Shown in pieces: positions 26,934 to 36,982 of a stretch of DNA of 64,000 bases. The translations under genes and the position numbers were made by a program. The notes under the pieces are model-generated. The model saw nothing but the letters and a program-made list of their open reading frames with translations. It did not search any database and was not told the DNA's origin. The stretch covers positions 62,001 to 126,000 of the IMG/VR virus record IMGVR_UViG_3300046810_000338. The stretch is one strand, 5' to 3'. Position 1 is the stretch's first letter. Each line of letters begins with the position of its first letter.

Positions 26934-28690
26934 TCAGGTTCTTCTTTGTAACCGTCTGGGTAGTCCTTGTCGAACAACTCAAGCACTTGCCGAGTGTTAG
27001 GCAGTTGCAGCAGTTGCTGACAAATCATCGTGTGGTTCACGTATCCCCCGGTTAGGTCAATCCCAATGAACCTCCATTGTTCCTGTTCCATGCCATCTAC
27101 AGAGGACAGCTCGGTGACAGTTGTTGCCTTGTCAATGTTGAGCATGTCTTGCAGTTTAGGGTAGGTCGATACCACGTCGATGTCGGATACATGGGTGTGT
27201 AGCAGGGGCTGATGCCCTTCCATGTCCGAGACAAGGTCTACGTCGGCTTCTGGACCCATGTAGGCTGGCAGTGTAACAATCCAGTCTCTTAGGCCAGGGC
27301 TGAAGTCGTCGATCTCTGTCAACATCTGATCAGAGGTAGTACCGATGATGTTGCCACGCTTGAGACCAAAGAAGTGCAAGTCGTCTGCGATCATCTTAGG
27401 CTGAGAATCGTAGTTACGATACTCACTGGACTTAAGCAATGCGCCCAATGACATGGAGATGTCTTTGGTTGCCTCATCCAACTCCTCTACGCCGATATCA
27501 TCGTACAAGTTGTAGATGCAGTATTCCACTGGGAAATACTTCTGCATGAACGCATGCCACTCTTTCTTGATGAACCCATCGGCTTCCATGAACTTAAGCT
27601 TAGGTTGCAGCTTATGTTTACGCAGCAGATAGTCAAGACTGTACTCGGGCTCGTTAGGCAGCGCCGTACGAATCCGTTTGTACAACAACATCGAGTCACA
27701 GATGACAAAGCTTGCCTGGGTCTTACAGGTGTGCCATTGGTCAATTGGGTTGATAGGGTAAACTGTGTTCTTGCCCCCATCCTTCTTAACCTTGGTTGCA
27801 TCGCCCTGGTCCCATACAAAGTTGCGAAACTCACGAGGCACGCGTGGATCGCAGAACACGTCGGACGGATCGTAGCCAGAGTCCTTCAGCGCCTGCACAG
27901 ACTTTGGAATATCGAACACCATGTTAAAGATGGTGACGTAGTCTGGCTGCCATTCGTGAGCTGCTTTAAAGCAACCCTGTACAACCTGTGCCGGTAGCTC
28001 GTGTCGTTCAATGTGCATCGTCATGGGGTCGATGCCACGACGCTTGAGCACATCCCCGAGCAGCTCTTCAGCTTTCAGTCGAACCAAATGAATGAAGTTG
28101 GCTTTGTCTTCATCCGACAGAACAGAGTTGTGAATAAAGTCTTCGGTGATGTGCATCGAAGCTTTTTCTTTACAGGTAATAGAGGCAACGATAATCGCCT
28201 CTTCCTCACTGTTCATATCGGTTTCAATATCGTAAACCGCCACCTTAGCTGGGGTGGGGGTTTTAGGCCAGCGGTCCTTGTAGCCCCGCTTGACCAATAC
28301 CGGTGTTGTAATGTCAGCACCGTACAAATAAGGAGAGCGTGCAAGCTGTCTCAGACTGCCCCGCATACCGGGATTGCCCAGTGCCCTCGCGACCTTATTA
28401 TGTAGTTCATGCTGGGCACAGGTAAACTTTCTTACCTGGCTCAACGGGGCCCATGGCCGTTTGTCTTTATGCGTGCGGTACTTGTCCAACGTGACGTAAA
28501 AGTCGCGCTGATAGTTCTTGATCAACCGTAACCAAGGCAGTGGTGGACGTCCGTCTTTGAAGTGAATTAACTCTTTGACGACAACAACATCGTTCGCGCT
28601 TCCGTTGTTTGCTTTTGAGTAGGATGCGGACATGCACTCGTAGTAGTCGATCTCTTCTCGGTCCGGCATCTCAGGGTACATGAAAGCCAT
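26927..28690 (-). CDS. Split family B DNA polymerase, exonuclease/motif A subunit (phiKZ gp82-like)
   Basis: Exo I YDIETD, Exo II FNMVFDIP, Exo III YNLYDD, PolB motif A DIDVVSTYP; start moved to MAFMYP (GGAGA RBS). Confidence 0.9.
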   Translation of the reverse strand: MAFMYPEMPDREEIDYYECMSASYSKANNGSANDVVVVKELIHFKDGRPPLPWLRLIKNYQRDFYVTLDKYRTHKDKRPWAPLSQVRKFTCAQHELHNKVARALGNPGMRGSLRQLARSPYLYGADITTPVLVKRGYKDRWPKTPTPAKVAVYDIETDMNSEEEAIIVASITCKEKASMHITEDFIHNSVLSDEDKANFIHLVRLKAEELLGDVLKRRGIDPMTMHIERHELPAQVVQGCFKAAHEWQPDYVTIFNMVFDIPKSVQALKDSGYDPSDVFCDPRVPREFRNFVWDQGDATKVKKDGGKNTVYPINPIDQWHTCKTQASFVICDSMLLYKRIRTALPNEPEYSLDYLLRKHKLQPKLKFMEADGFIKKEWHAFMQKYFPVEYCIYNLYDDIGVEELDEATKDISMSLGALLKSSEYRNYDSQPKMIADDLHFFGLKRGNIIGTTSDQMLTEIDDFSPGLRDWIVTLPAYMGPEADVDLVSDMEGHQPLLHTHVSDIDVVSTYPKLQDMLNIDKATTVTELSSVDGMEQEQWRFIGIDLTGGYVNHTMICQQLLQLPNTRQVLELFDKDYPDGYKEEPEA

Positions 28691-28755
28691 GAAAAATCTC
28701 CAGCGTGAATTCCCCAAATCATCTAAAACGTATCTCTCATCGGTAGGAACCCAAG

Positions 28756-30057
28756 ATGAAATTCAGGCCGAGTCCTAATGCACAAATGATTCAAGAGGCG
28801 ATTGCCCACCAGGGGCGGTCTGCTTTGTTCCGCGACATCTGCCTGATCTTTCGTGAAATCGAAGGGCTGCCTAGCAATGCCCTGGGTCCTGACCTACTGA
28901 CGAAGAAAGGTTTGGACAAAGTGATCGAGAAGTGGACAGGGCTTAAGATCCCTGTCAAGATTGATCAGGCGCTGTATGTCAATGCCTGGGTCTACCCACC
29001 TTACATCGACGCCAACCACGCGGTGCTCGCTGGCAGCAAAGCTGAGCGCGATGATTGGTGGTTGCTTGACTACATCAGTGAGCAATCCAACAAGGCCTTT
29101 GGCAAGTCCGAGTCCATCTTCGGTACGGTTGATCGTGAGAAGTCTCGTGTCTCCGGCGACTTCTGCAAGATTGAATGTCCGATGTTTGTGACACGCGGTC
29201 TGCTCCAGCACAAAGACGTTACGCCTGAGATGGCGACCACCACGATCCTCCATGAGATCGGTCACGTCTTTACCTACTTCGAGTTCATGGGCCGTGTGAC
29301 CACCTTCAACGGTGCTCTACAGGCAGCCTCCGAGGCGTTCTTCAAGTGCGAGAAACGCGAAGACCGTCTGAAGATTGTCCGCGATGTGGGCGACAAATTC
29401 GGCGTGGATAACGACGACCGTGAAGTGCTGACTAATGCCAAGAGCAAAGACGCGTTCATCACCGTTCTGGCTCGGGGCTACGTTATTGACCGCAAGTCTG
29501 GCCTGGGTTCCAGCATCTACGACATCACGTTGTGGGAATCGCTGTCCGACCAGTTCAGCATGCGTCATGGTTCCGGCGTAGATGGCGTCAAGATGATGGA
29601 CATTCTTTACCGTGACGGCATGCATGCCAGTTACATGTCCAACCTCAGCCACATCATCTTCACCCTGTTCAAGGTCCTGCTGTTCATCGCCAGCACGTTC
29701 TTCCTGTTCGGGCTGCCACTGCTGCTCTTGTTCGTTAACCCGGCTGCAAAGATCTATGACGAACCTCATGCTCGCATGCAACGTATGCGTAATGACTTCG
29801 TCGCTGGCCTCAAGTCCCCCACTATCAGTGCGGCGGAGAAGGCTCGGATCGCAGAAGACGTCAAAGACATCGACGTCATCATGAAAGATCTCGACGACAA
29901 GCGCGGACTCATTGAGTTGTTCTACACGGCTTGCACCCCAGGTGGTCGCCGTGAGTACAGCCAGCTGCGTTTCCAGCAGGAGATCGAATCGTTGGTAGCC
30001 AACGACCTGCTGGTTGCATCCACCCGTTTGTCCAACCTGGCTAATCGCCTCTCTTAA
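28756..30057 (+). CDS. Head/ejection protein (phiKZ gp84-like) with HExxH motif and hydrophobic segment
   Basis: HEIGH...ESLSDQF; hydrophobic IIFTLFKVLLFIASTFFLFGLPLLLLFV; synteny after the polymerase gene. Confidence 0.65.
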   Translation: MKFRPSPNAQMIQEAIAHQGRSALFRDICLIFREIEGLPSNALGPDLLTKKGLDKVIEKWTGLKIPVKIDQALYVNAWVYPPYIDANHAVLAGSKAERDDWWLLDYISEQSNKAFGKSESIFGTVDREKSRVSGDFCKIECPMFVTRGLLQHKDVTPEMATTTILHEIGHVFTYFEFMGRVTTFNGALQAASEAFFKCEKREDRLKIVRDVGDKFGVDNDDREVLTNAKSKDAFITVLARGYVIDRKSGLGSSIYDITLWESLSDQFSMRHGSGVDGVKMMDILYRDGMHASYMSNLSHIIFTLFKVLLFIASTFFLFGLPLLLLFVNPAAKIYDEPHARMQRMRNDFVAGLKSPTISAAEKARIAEDVKDIDVIMKDLDDKRGLIELFYTACTPGGRREYSQLRFQQEIESLVANDLLVASTRLSNLANRLS

Positions 30058-30067
30058 GGAGCGCCTC

Positions 30068-30529
30068 ATGGCTACGCTTAAACTCTCCCGTGCTAAATCG
30101 GCCGAACTGATCTCGGCTGTTAACTACCTGTTCTCGACCAACGGTGTCTCCAACGCTGACCGCACCCCAGCGGCTGAGTTGGTATTCGCTGAACTGATCG
30201 CCGTCACTCTGCCGTTGGCCAGTGAAGGTCAGAAGGCTGAAGACTTCTACCGTTCGACTCTGCTGGCGGGTGTCCGTGCGTTTCTGGATCAGCTGTGTGA
30301 AGTGGTCCAGATCAACCACGAACAATGCATGCTGGCAGTCTGGGGCGCTTACTCCTACCGTCAGTCGATCGTCGTGGTGAAGAATCTGTTCGACATTCGC
30401 CCTGACATTGGCCGCTACATCGGTAAGATGCCTCAGCGTCATGCTGACATCATCAAACGCTACCCAGTGCTGTCTGACAGCTACTGGGGCATCTCGGCAC
30501 TGATCTATGCCGATGGTGGCACCCTATGA
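30068..30529 (+). CDS. Probable head protein
   Basis: ATG 30068 with AAGGAG RBS; within head operon. Confidence 0.7.
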   Translation: MATLKLSRAKSAELISAVNYLFSTNGVSNADRTPAAELVFAELIAVTLPLASEGQKAEDFYRSTLLAGVRAFLDQLCEVVQINHEQCMLAVWGAYSYRQSIVVVKNLFDIRPDIGRYIGKMPQRHADIIKRYPVLSDSYWGISALIYADGGTL

Positions 30530-31854
30530 AAATGATGGCCCTGGAAGGGCTGGAAGCCGATCCAGCCATCATCTCATCGTCCATTGAGCGCATGCAGAAC
30601 GATCGTCTGGTGTGCCAATCCGATGTGGCTCCTTTCATCCAGCATTTCCCCATGAACATCTCCCTGGATAACTTCAGCGAAGAGCCTTCCGAGAAAGGCT
30701 TGGACATTGCCCTCGAAGGCATGTCCATGTTGTTCAAGGTCGCAGCCGGTGTTGCACTGGTAGGCGTTCTGGGTATCTGCATCTACAACTTCATCCGTAG
30801 CCGTCGTGCTGCCGAAACCATCGCAGAAGGTTCGGCGGTCACTGCTCGTTTGGGTAAGCTTACGCTGGAACTGGAACAAGACATCCATACCGCGCCTGGT
30901 TTCATTAACACCCGGACTCCTCTGTTGGGCAGCAATGAAATCCCTCACGGTCTGGGCCTGCACTTCAGTGGCGAAGTCAGCTACGCAGAATTCGCTGACA
31001 AGTTCTTCAGTGCTAAAGGCGTGGGTGCTATTGCCGGTATCAGTTCTGACCTGGCTATCAAGATCAACTATGGCGAGGTTCCAAGCGCCACCGATCAACT
31101 GATGGCTCCGATGAGCGACTACCTGGGCGATTTGGCTAAGCGGGTAACCGAACTGCGCAAGATCATTGCCGACATGCCTGGCGCGTTGAATGCCGGCCAC
31201 ATCGACAAGATCACCCAGCGGATCGTTGCAATCGATCTGAAGGTGCCTCGCGGTACAGTCCTGGGGTTGATCGAGCGTAACTTCGACAACCGCCTGCCGC
31301 CACCTCGTGGTAGCTTCCAGGCAGGCTCTGCTGCCATGTTTGAGGACCGGGTAGAAGCCTTGGCCAATTTGTATACCGAATTGTCCGAAGGTTCTCACCC
31401 CAACCAGAAAGGCGGCAACGCAGAAGAGAAAGCGACTACCGACTGGGTGTCTACCAACCTGTCTGGTCTGATTGGCCCGCTGGTGGATATCTCCACCCGC
31501 TGTGCCAAAGTTGGACTGTCTCCTTCTCTGTCCACCGGCCGCAGCATTGTGGCCGAATGTGAAGAGTTGAAGAAGAAGGTTGCAACCAGCGATTTCCCTG
31601 ATGCAGTGGATGCCGCGCTCAAGGTTGTACTGGAAGATGTCCGCATGGATTCTCTGGCTGCCATGAAACTGTTCGATGTGATCAACACCGAACAGCGACT
31701 GACGGCTAAGTGGGTTTCCTTTGTATTGCGCTGGACAGCAGAGCACGCCCGTGTGGTTGCACTGTTTACTCGCTCGGTATCTCCACCTGCTGCTGCCTCG
31801 TTGACCAAGAAGGCCGCTAACGCCCTCAAAGAAGCACAGAAACAGAAATTCTAA
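30526..31854 (+). CDS. Inner-head protein paralog with propeptide and hydrophobic helix
   Basis: ALE motifs (DIALE/GMS at residue 64) followed by a hydrophobic stretch. Confidence 0.7.
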   Translation: MKMMALEGLEADPAIISSSIERMQNDRLVCQSDVAPFIQHFPMNISLDNFSEEPSEKGLDIALEGMSMLFKVAAGVALVGVLGICIYNFIRSRRAAETIAEGSAVTARLGKLTLELEQDIHTAPGFINTRTPLLGSNEIPHGLGLHFSGEVSYAEFADKFFSAKGVGAIAGISSDLAIKINYGEVPSATDQLMAPMSDYLGDLAKRVTELRKIIADMPGALNAGHIDKITQRIVAIDLKVPRGTVLGLIERNFDNRLPPPRGSFQAGSAAMFEDRVEALANLYTELSEGSHPNQKGGNAEEKATTDWVSTNLSGLIGPLVDISTRCAKVGLSPSLSTGRSIVAECEELKKKVATSDFPDAVDAALKVVLEDVRMDSLAAMKLFDVINTEQRLTAKWVSFVLRWTAEHARVVALFTRSVSPPAAASLTKKAANALKEAQKQKF

Positions 31855-31863
31855 ACCCCACTG

Positions 31864-31894
31864 CCCCCTACAGGAGAACGCTCCTTGTAGGGGG
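31864..31894 (+). terminator. Stem-loop terminator
   Basis: CCCCCTACA-GGAG-AACG-CTCC-T-TGTAGGGGG. Confidence 0.7.
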
Positions 31895-31910
31895 TTATAA
31901 GGAGCTGGTA

Positions 31911-34900
31911 ATGGGCGACACAATTAACATTGATTCTCTGGCCAATGCCAGTGGGGCAGACTTGGCAAAATTCTTGGCTCAGAACAATCAAGTTCTGGCT
32001 GAAGTAACCCAACACGCCATCGACGTAAACATGCTGGGCGGTACCTCTCAGGCTCACGCACTGGGCTTTCAGGAATACCTTCCAGCCGACTTCTCTCTTG
32101 AATCGTTGTCTACCCATCTGTCCAAGAAGGGTTACACGATGGTTCAGGAATCTCTGGCTGCTGTTCTGCTGGTGGCCGGCGCAGCTGCAATCGTAGCAGG
32201 CGTAGGCATTCTGGCTTACAAGTTGATTCGTATGTCGATGGGTAAAGAGCCCAAGGCTTCCGAAGCACTCAAGCACGCCGAGGCTGCCAAGAAACTGGCA
32301 GCAATCATGACCAACCTGGACATGTCTCGCCTGCCGCCAGAGTTCCAAAAGCTGTTCACTGAATACGTTCAGGCCGAAACAGTTGCAGAACTGCGTAAGG
32401 GCTGGCCGGACAGTGACACTAACACCCGTGCTCTGGATGCGTTTATTCGTACCCGCCTGCAACAATCGAGCGCATCTGTTTATGCTGTTCGTATCCTGAC
32501 CCAATCGGACGCCCAGTTCTTGATGAACTCGGCTGGCAAACTGATCGACGCCATGGCCGATGGCCTGGCTCAGTTGGACAGTCGGTTCCTGCGTGTGGTT
32601 ATCGACAATCCGAAGATGTCTGGTCTGGAAGCATCGAAGCTTGCTGAATCCATCAGTGCATCGATGGGTACCAGTAACTTCGACAACGCTCAGAACTCGA
32701 TCATCGGCTGGGCTGCACACTACGGCGTTCAGACGGGCAATAGTGAGTTGCAAGACGCACTGCTGGCTTTCGAACAAGCCATGTTTACCCCAGCCTCTGC
32801 CGACCTCATCAATACGGTGGATCTGACCAAGAGCATGACCTTCTCTCCTCCGGCTAAACCCGTGGTTGAGAAACTGTACGCCAAGATCAAAGATCTGAAG
32901 AAACTGGGCGATCACCTGAAGCGTTCCGGCGATAACTTCAAACAGATCTCCAAGGACGCCTCCAACGACTTGACCACCCAGGTCAAGGCGGTGATTGATC
33001 AGGCTATGGCGGCGGTTGAACTGTCCGAACTGGTTACCCGGCTGGTGGACAAAGAAGTGGGTGCCATCCATCAAACCATTGGCGCTGTGGTTAACGGCGG
33101 CAAAGACATGCATGCAGGTATCATTGCAGTCATTGGCAAGATGGAAGACAAGGAAGAAGCGGCCCGTGTCAAACGCGAACTGTCTGCCTTGTTGGCCTCC
33201 GGCAAAGTGCCTACCATGCGCACTGAGGCGTTGGAAGACAATCGCCTTAGCCTGAATCAGGTTATGGTGTTGGAAGGTCGTAGCGGCATCCTGGACTTCC
33301 TCAAGCAGCTTGGCATCGTGCTGATGATCGGCATGGCTGTTGGCGTTCTGTATTCTGCCATCATGGCCATGTTCGGTGTAGCTTCCTTCTCGGCAGCGTG
33401 GGCAGGTGGTATTAACTACATCCTGGCCAACGGCAAGCGTGTAACGACCAAAGAAGCTTCTGATGCGTTGGCAGCGACGCTGAAGAACAACAGCGTTGGC
33501 CAGTACGGCGTTAACTCGATTACTCGCGGTAGCAACAACAACCTACCGTTTGTCGTCGACACCCGCATGATCGACAGTGGTTTCACCGTTGTGTCTGACG
33601 GCATCAAGAAAGCCATCGCTGCGTTCTCTGCCGGTGACTTCACAGGTAACCCTGAGCATGTCAATGCGGCAGTGATCCGAGCTTCCAACAACGGCAACCA
33701 TGTGTTGGACAATGCGATCAATACCCTCAAAGGTAAACTGATCGACTTGGGCCTGCCGATCAGCCGTAGCTCTGGCTCGGATGATCCAATCGCTGAGCTG
33801 CGAGCCAAAGAACACGAGTTCTCCAATCGCTGGTTCAATGGCAGCAACTGCGACTACTCGAAGTTCAACAACAACTTCACCACCAGTTGGATCGAGCGTT
33901 TCGATCCTAAGGCGCCTGAGAAGATCGAGAATTATGCCGAGCACATTGTGACCGACATGAAACGCTTTGCTAGCACCACTTCCGGTGTTAACAAAGAGAC
34001 CTTCAAAGAACTCAGCGACGAGGCTCTGGATGCCCACCACGACTTCACGCTGAAGATGGCCTACCTGGCTGCACTGTCCGGTGTTTACACCAAGATCACC
34101 AAGGCGGCTGTTAAAGACGTCCTGGGCGCCATCGGTGCACTGAAGTCGACCTTCCGTCATGGCAGTTCGTACAAGATGGTCGGCGAATCCCGTGATACGG
34201 ACTTCGACGAAGATGACGGCATGGATGCGTTGGATTACGACGACACCCACATTGACGGCATCATGGATCAGTCTGAAGTCATGGCCGATCTGAACGTCGA
34301 CGAGCAAGCTACTCTGGTTATGGAAAGCTGGGGCAAGCATGTTCAAACCGGGCTGATGGTGCTGGGTGCTTTGGCATTGGTTGGGGTGGGTGCTTTGATT
34401 CTGAAGTCCATCACCTCTGGCAAGTCCAAGCCGCATGCTGAGAAGGAACACTTCAAGGCTACGGCAGCAGGCATCGCTACCGGCAATGCGTTGGACCAAC
34501 TGGCCGACAAACTGGTTGAGAGCACCAACAACCTCAAAGCTGCGGTTCAGGACGAATCCAGCATTGTGGCCACCCAGGCGCAGGCTAAGGGTACACAAGA
34601 GTTCATCGGACGGGACGACGGGGCCAGCAACACTGCCGACAAACCTAACCCAGAAGGCCGTGCTGGTAATGACCATGCCGACATCATTTCCGATATCGAT
34701 GAACTGGGTGCTCTGGTTGAGAAGTGGGCCAACCTCAATTACGTAGGCCGCCTTAAACTCATCGGTCAGTCCACGGTGGTTTCCTATGGGGCCGTTGGTG
34801 CGTTGACCGCTGGTATGAACCCAGAGTTCAAGGACTTCCAGCAGAAAGGGTTGGAGGAAGTGGTCAAGTTTTTCACGTTCTGTGAGGACAAGATCTTTGG

Positions 34901-35567
34901 TCCAGTGAACGAAGCCCTGGCTTCTCACTTCCCACAAGACCGTTTGGCCGACATCCACGACGACGTTGTCGCAGCGATTGCTGACGCAATTGGACTTGGG
35001 GCAGTGCCTTCTGGTCTCACTGACGCTATGGCCGAAGAGATTGCCACGGTTACCAAACCTGCCGATGAGGCGGATTGGGCAGAGCTTGAGCGGGACATCA
35101 ATCCAAACGGCTACGGTTCTGGTGCAGATGACTACATGAAGCTGGTTAACGGTATCCAGAAAGGTATCGCCGAGACCACCGAGTTCGTCAACAAGGCCGA
35201 AGGGTCCCATGGTGATTTGGTTACTCGGGCAGCGGCTGAAGTCAAAGGTAGTCGTACCAAGGGGTCTTCGCTGCTCCTGCGTATCGATGAGTTCCGCCCT
35301 ACCTTCACCGAGGCGACTCGTTTCTTCCGGACCAGCATTCGAATGATGGAGGCACTCTGCACCTGTGTTGAGGAATCCATTCGTTTGCACCGCCGTGCTC
35401 AGCGTCAGGATGCTGCTGGCATCCAGGAGCAAGGTGAGAAGCTGGGTCGCATCAAAGGCAAGCTTCGTGCTAACAGCAACGACAAGTCCAAGTCTGGTGA
35501 CATCTTGGATAAGCTTGAAGAGATGCAAAAGGAATTGGAAGCCAGTCTGAAGAAGTCAGGTCTCTAA
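31911..35567 (+). CDS. Large inner-head protein, three-module polyprotein candidate
   Basis: 1218 aa; three x-x-E sites each followed by a hydrophobic helix; LPADFSLES motif as in neighbouring paralogs. Confidence 0.7.
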   Translation: MGDTINIDSLANASGADLAKFLAQNNQVLAEVTQHAIDVNMLGGTSQAHALGFQEYLPADFSLESLSTHLSKKGYTMVQESLAAVLLVAGAAAIVAGVGILAYKLIRMSMGKEPKASEALKHAEAAKKLAAIMTNLDMSRLPPEFQKLFTEYVQAETVAELRKGWPDSDTNTRALDAFIRTRLQQSSASVYAVRILTQSDAQFLMNSAGKLIDAMADGLAQLDSRFLRVVIDNPKMSGLEASKLAESISASMGTSNFDNAQNSIIGWAAHYGVQTGNSELQDALLAFEQAMFTPASADLINTVDLTKSMTFSPPAKPVVEKLYAKIKDLKKLGDHLKRSGDNFKQISKDASNDLTTQVKAVIDQAMAAVELSELVTRLVDKEVGAIHQTIGAVVNGGKDMHAGIIAVIGKMEDKEEAARVKRELSALLASGKVPTMRTEALEDNRLSLNQVMVLEGRSGILDFLKQLGIVLMIGMAVGVLYSAIMAMFGVASFSAAWAGGINYILANGKRVTTKEASDALAATLKNNSVGQYGVNSITRGSNNNLPFVVDTRMIDSGFTVVSDGIKKAIAAFSAGDFTGNPEHVNAAVIRASNNGNHVLDNAINTLKGKLIDLGLPISRSSGSDDPIAELRAKEHEFSNRWFNGSNCDYSKFNNNFTTSWIERFDPKAPEKIENYAEHIVTDMKRFASTTSGVNKETFKELSDEALDAHHDFTLKMAYLAALSGVYTKITKAAVKDVLGAIGALKSTFRHGSSYKMVGESRDTDFDEDDGMDALDYDDTHIDGIMDQSEVMADLNVDEQATLVMESWGKHVQTGLMVLGALALVGVGALILKSITSGKSKPHAEKEHFKATAAGIATGNALDQLADKLVESTNNLKAAVQDESSIVATQAQAKGTQEFIGRDDGASNTADKPNPEGRAGNDHADIISDIDELGALVEKWANLNYVGRLKLIGQSTVVSYGAVGALTAGMNPEFKDFQQKGLEEVVKFFTFCEDKIFGPVNEALASHFPQDRLADIHDDVVAAIADAIGLGAVPSGLTDAMAEEIATVTKPADEADWAELERDINPNGYGSGADDYMKLVNGIQKGIAETTEFVNKAEGSHGDLVTRAAAEVKGSRTKGSSLLLRIDEFRPTFTEATRFFRTSIRMMEALCTCVEESIRLHRRAQRQDAAGIQEQGEKLGRIKGKLRANSNDKSKSGDILDKLEEMQKELEASLKKSGL

Positions 35568-35576
35568 CCCATAACC

Positions 35577-35596
35577 GCCCCTCCTTCGGGAGGGGC
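35577..35596 (+). terminator. Stem-loop terminator
   Basis: GCCCCTCC-TTCG-GGAGGGGC. Confidence 0.75.
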
Positions 35597-35612
35597 AACG
35601 GAGATAAGTGTT

Positions 35613-36935
35613 ATGATTGGTGAATACTTTTGTTTGGAAAGTATCGTCGATGAACTCTACGGGCAGGGTGACCTGTCGGTAGAAGACGAACAAGCCGGTT
35701 TGTTGGAAGAACCCGATATCAAGTCATTGGAAGACGATCTGTTCAAAGCGCAGGAACGCGAACAGGAACTCATCAACATTCAGGAAATGCTGGTAGAGCA
35801 GAGCGGGGTGTCCCGCGCTATGGCGGAGAACTTTCGCGACGTGCTGCCTGGTGATTTCGCAATGGAGTCCTTTACGGATCAGGTCACTAATACCAACCAT
35901 GTGATGTCCCTGGAGTTCATCGGCACGGCTATCAAGCTGGTGGCGGCTGCTGGGGTTGTTGCGGTACTGGGTGGTGTGGGTTACATCGTGTTCAAGATCA
36001 TGCGCTTCAAGAAGCGCTTGCCTGACATGCGAATGGACAAGGTGGTCACTGGTATGGTGAATACGGTGGAAGACAAACTCCGTACTGCCATCACCGAGTT
36101 GTCTCACCAGTTTCCTGAACTGGATCACCAAGAACTCAAGTGGACGCGTGAGGAAGGCATTGTTAATGCCGCTGTGCGTCAAGGCATGCTTGAGATCGAC
36201 ATGGACATGTTGTCTGGCAAGTACCATTCGTTGTCAGCCATTGCTGGCACCGATGCAATGACCCAGGCGGCTATCACCGAGAAGTTCTTCAAGTCCACGA
36301 TCTTCCCAGAACTGGACAAGATGATCAAGGCGGGCACAGGCAAGGATCTGGATAATGTATCCGGTAAACTTGCTGATGTCAAAATTGAAGATCGGATCAG
36401 TGCGCACCTGGAGCGGTTTGCGAGCGATAAGAAAATCTCGTTCAACAACCACTCTGACATTGCTCAGAAGTTTCGTGATCAGTTCTCCAAGCCTGTCTCT
36501 GCGTCTGAGTTGCCGGGTCGTCTGAAAGGCATTACGATCAACTCCACGGCGATGCCTGAGGAAGCGATCACCACCATGTTCAAAGCCCAGGGCGTGATGA
36601 CGTACTTGGCAGGCCAGATCCAAACCTACGAGAAGAAACTCAAGGGTAACAAGGATCTGCCTGGCGACTACGCGGCACAGGTCAAAGAGTTGTTGGAGAA
36701 GTGCAAACCTATCCTTAACGCTCTGGCCGATGTGTTCTCCATTGTTGAAACCGAAGTAGAATCGCACAAGCGCTGCTCCAAGGTTAAAGCGATGGCGGTC
36801 TCCAATGGCTTTAAAGCAGTTTCTGAGTTCTACCAAGAGCGCGCCAAGTCTGACCCGGATAACTCCGGCGAATACCGCAAGTGCGTTGGGTACCTCAAGA
36901 AGATGTTTGATCCAATCGCTGCTGCGTTGAAATAA
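35613..36935 (+). CDS. Inner-head protein paralog
   Basis: Acidic propeptide, GVSRAMAE..LPGDFAMESF..SLE/FIG, then hydrophobic helix. Confidence 0.72.
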   Translation: MIGEYFCLESIVDELYGQGDLSVEDEQAGLLEEPDIKSLEDDLFKAQEREQELINIQEMLVEQSGVSRAMAENFRDVLPGDFAMESFTDQVTNTNHVMSLEFIGTAIKLVAAAGVVAVLGGVGYIVFKIMRFKKRLPDMRMDKVVTGMVNTVEDKLRTAITELSHQFPELDHQELKWTREEGIVNAAVRQGMLEIDMDMLSGKYHSLSAIAGTDAMTQAAITEKFFKSTIFPELDKMIKAGTGKDLDNVSGKLADVKIEDRISAHLERFASDKKISFNNHSDIAQKFRDQFSKPVSASELPGRLKGITINSTAMPEEAITTMFKAQGVMTYLAGQIQTYEKKLKGNKDLPGDYAAQVKELLEKCKPILNALADVFSIVETEVESHKRCSKVKAMAVSNGFKAVSEFYQERAKSDPDNSGEYRKCVGYLKKMFDPIAAALK

Positions 36936-36936
36936 C

Positions 36937-36982
36937 GGCATACTCCCACTCCTTCTTTAGGGAAGGAGTGGGAGGCTTATGC
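36937..36982. terminator. Bidirectional terminator
   Basis: GGCATA-CTCCCACTCCTTC...GAAGGAGTGGGAG-GCTTATGC. Confidence 0.85.

Noticed and set aside
26927-28690. Polymerase lacking motifs B and C as a pseudogene
   Set aside because: phiKZ-like phages are known to encode a split family B polymerase; the other subunit normally lies upstream of chmA, outside this window.
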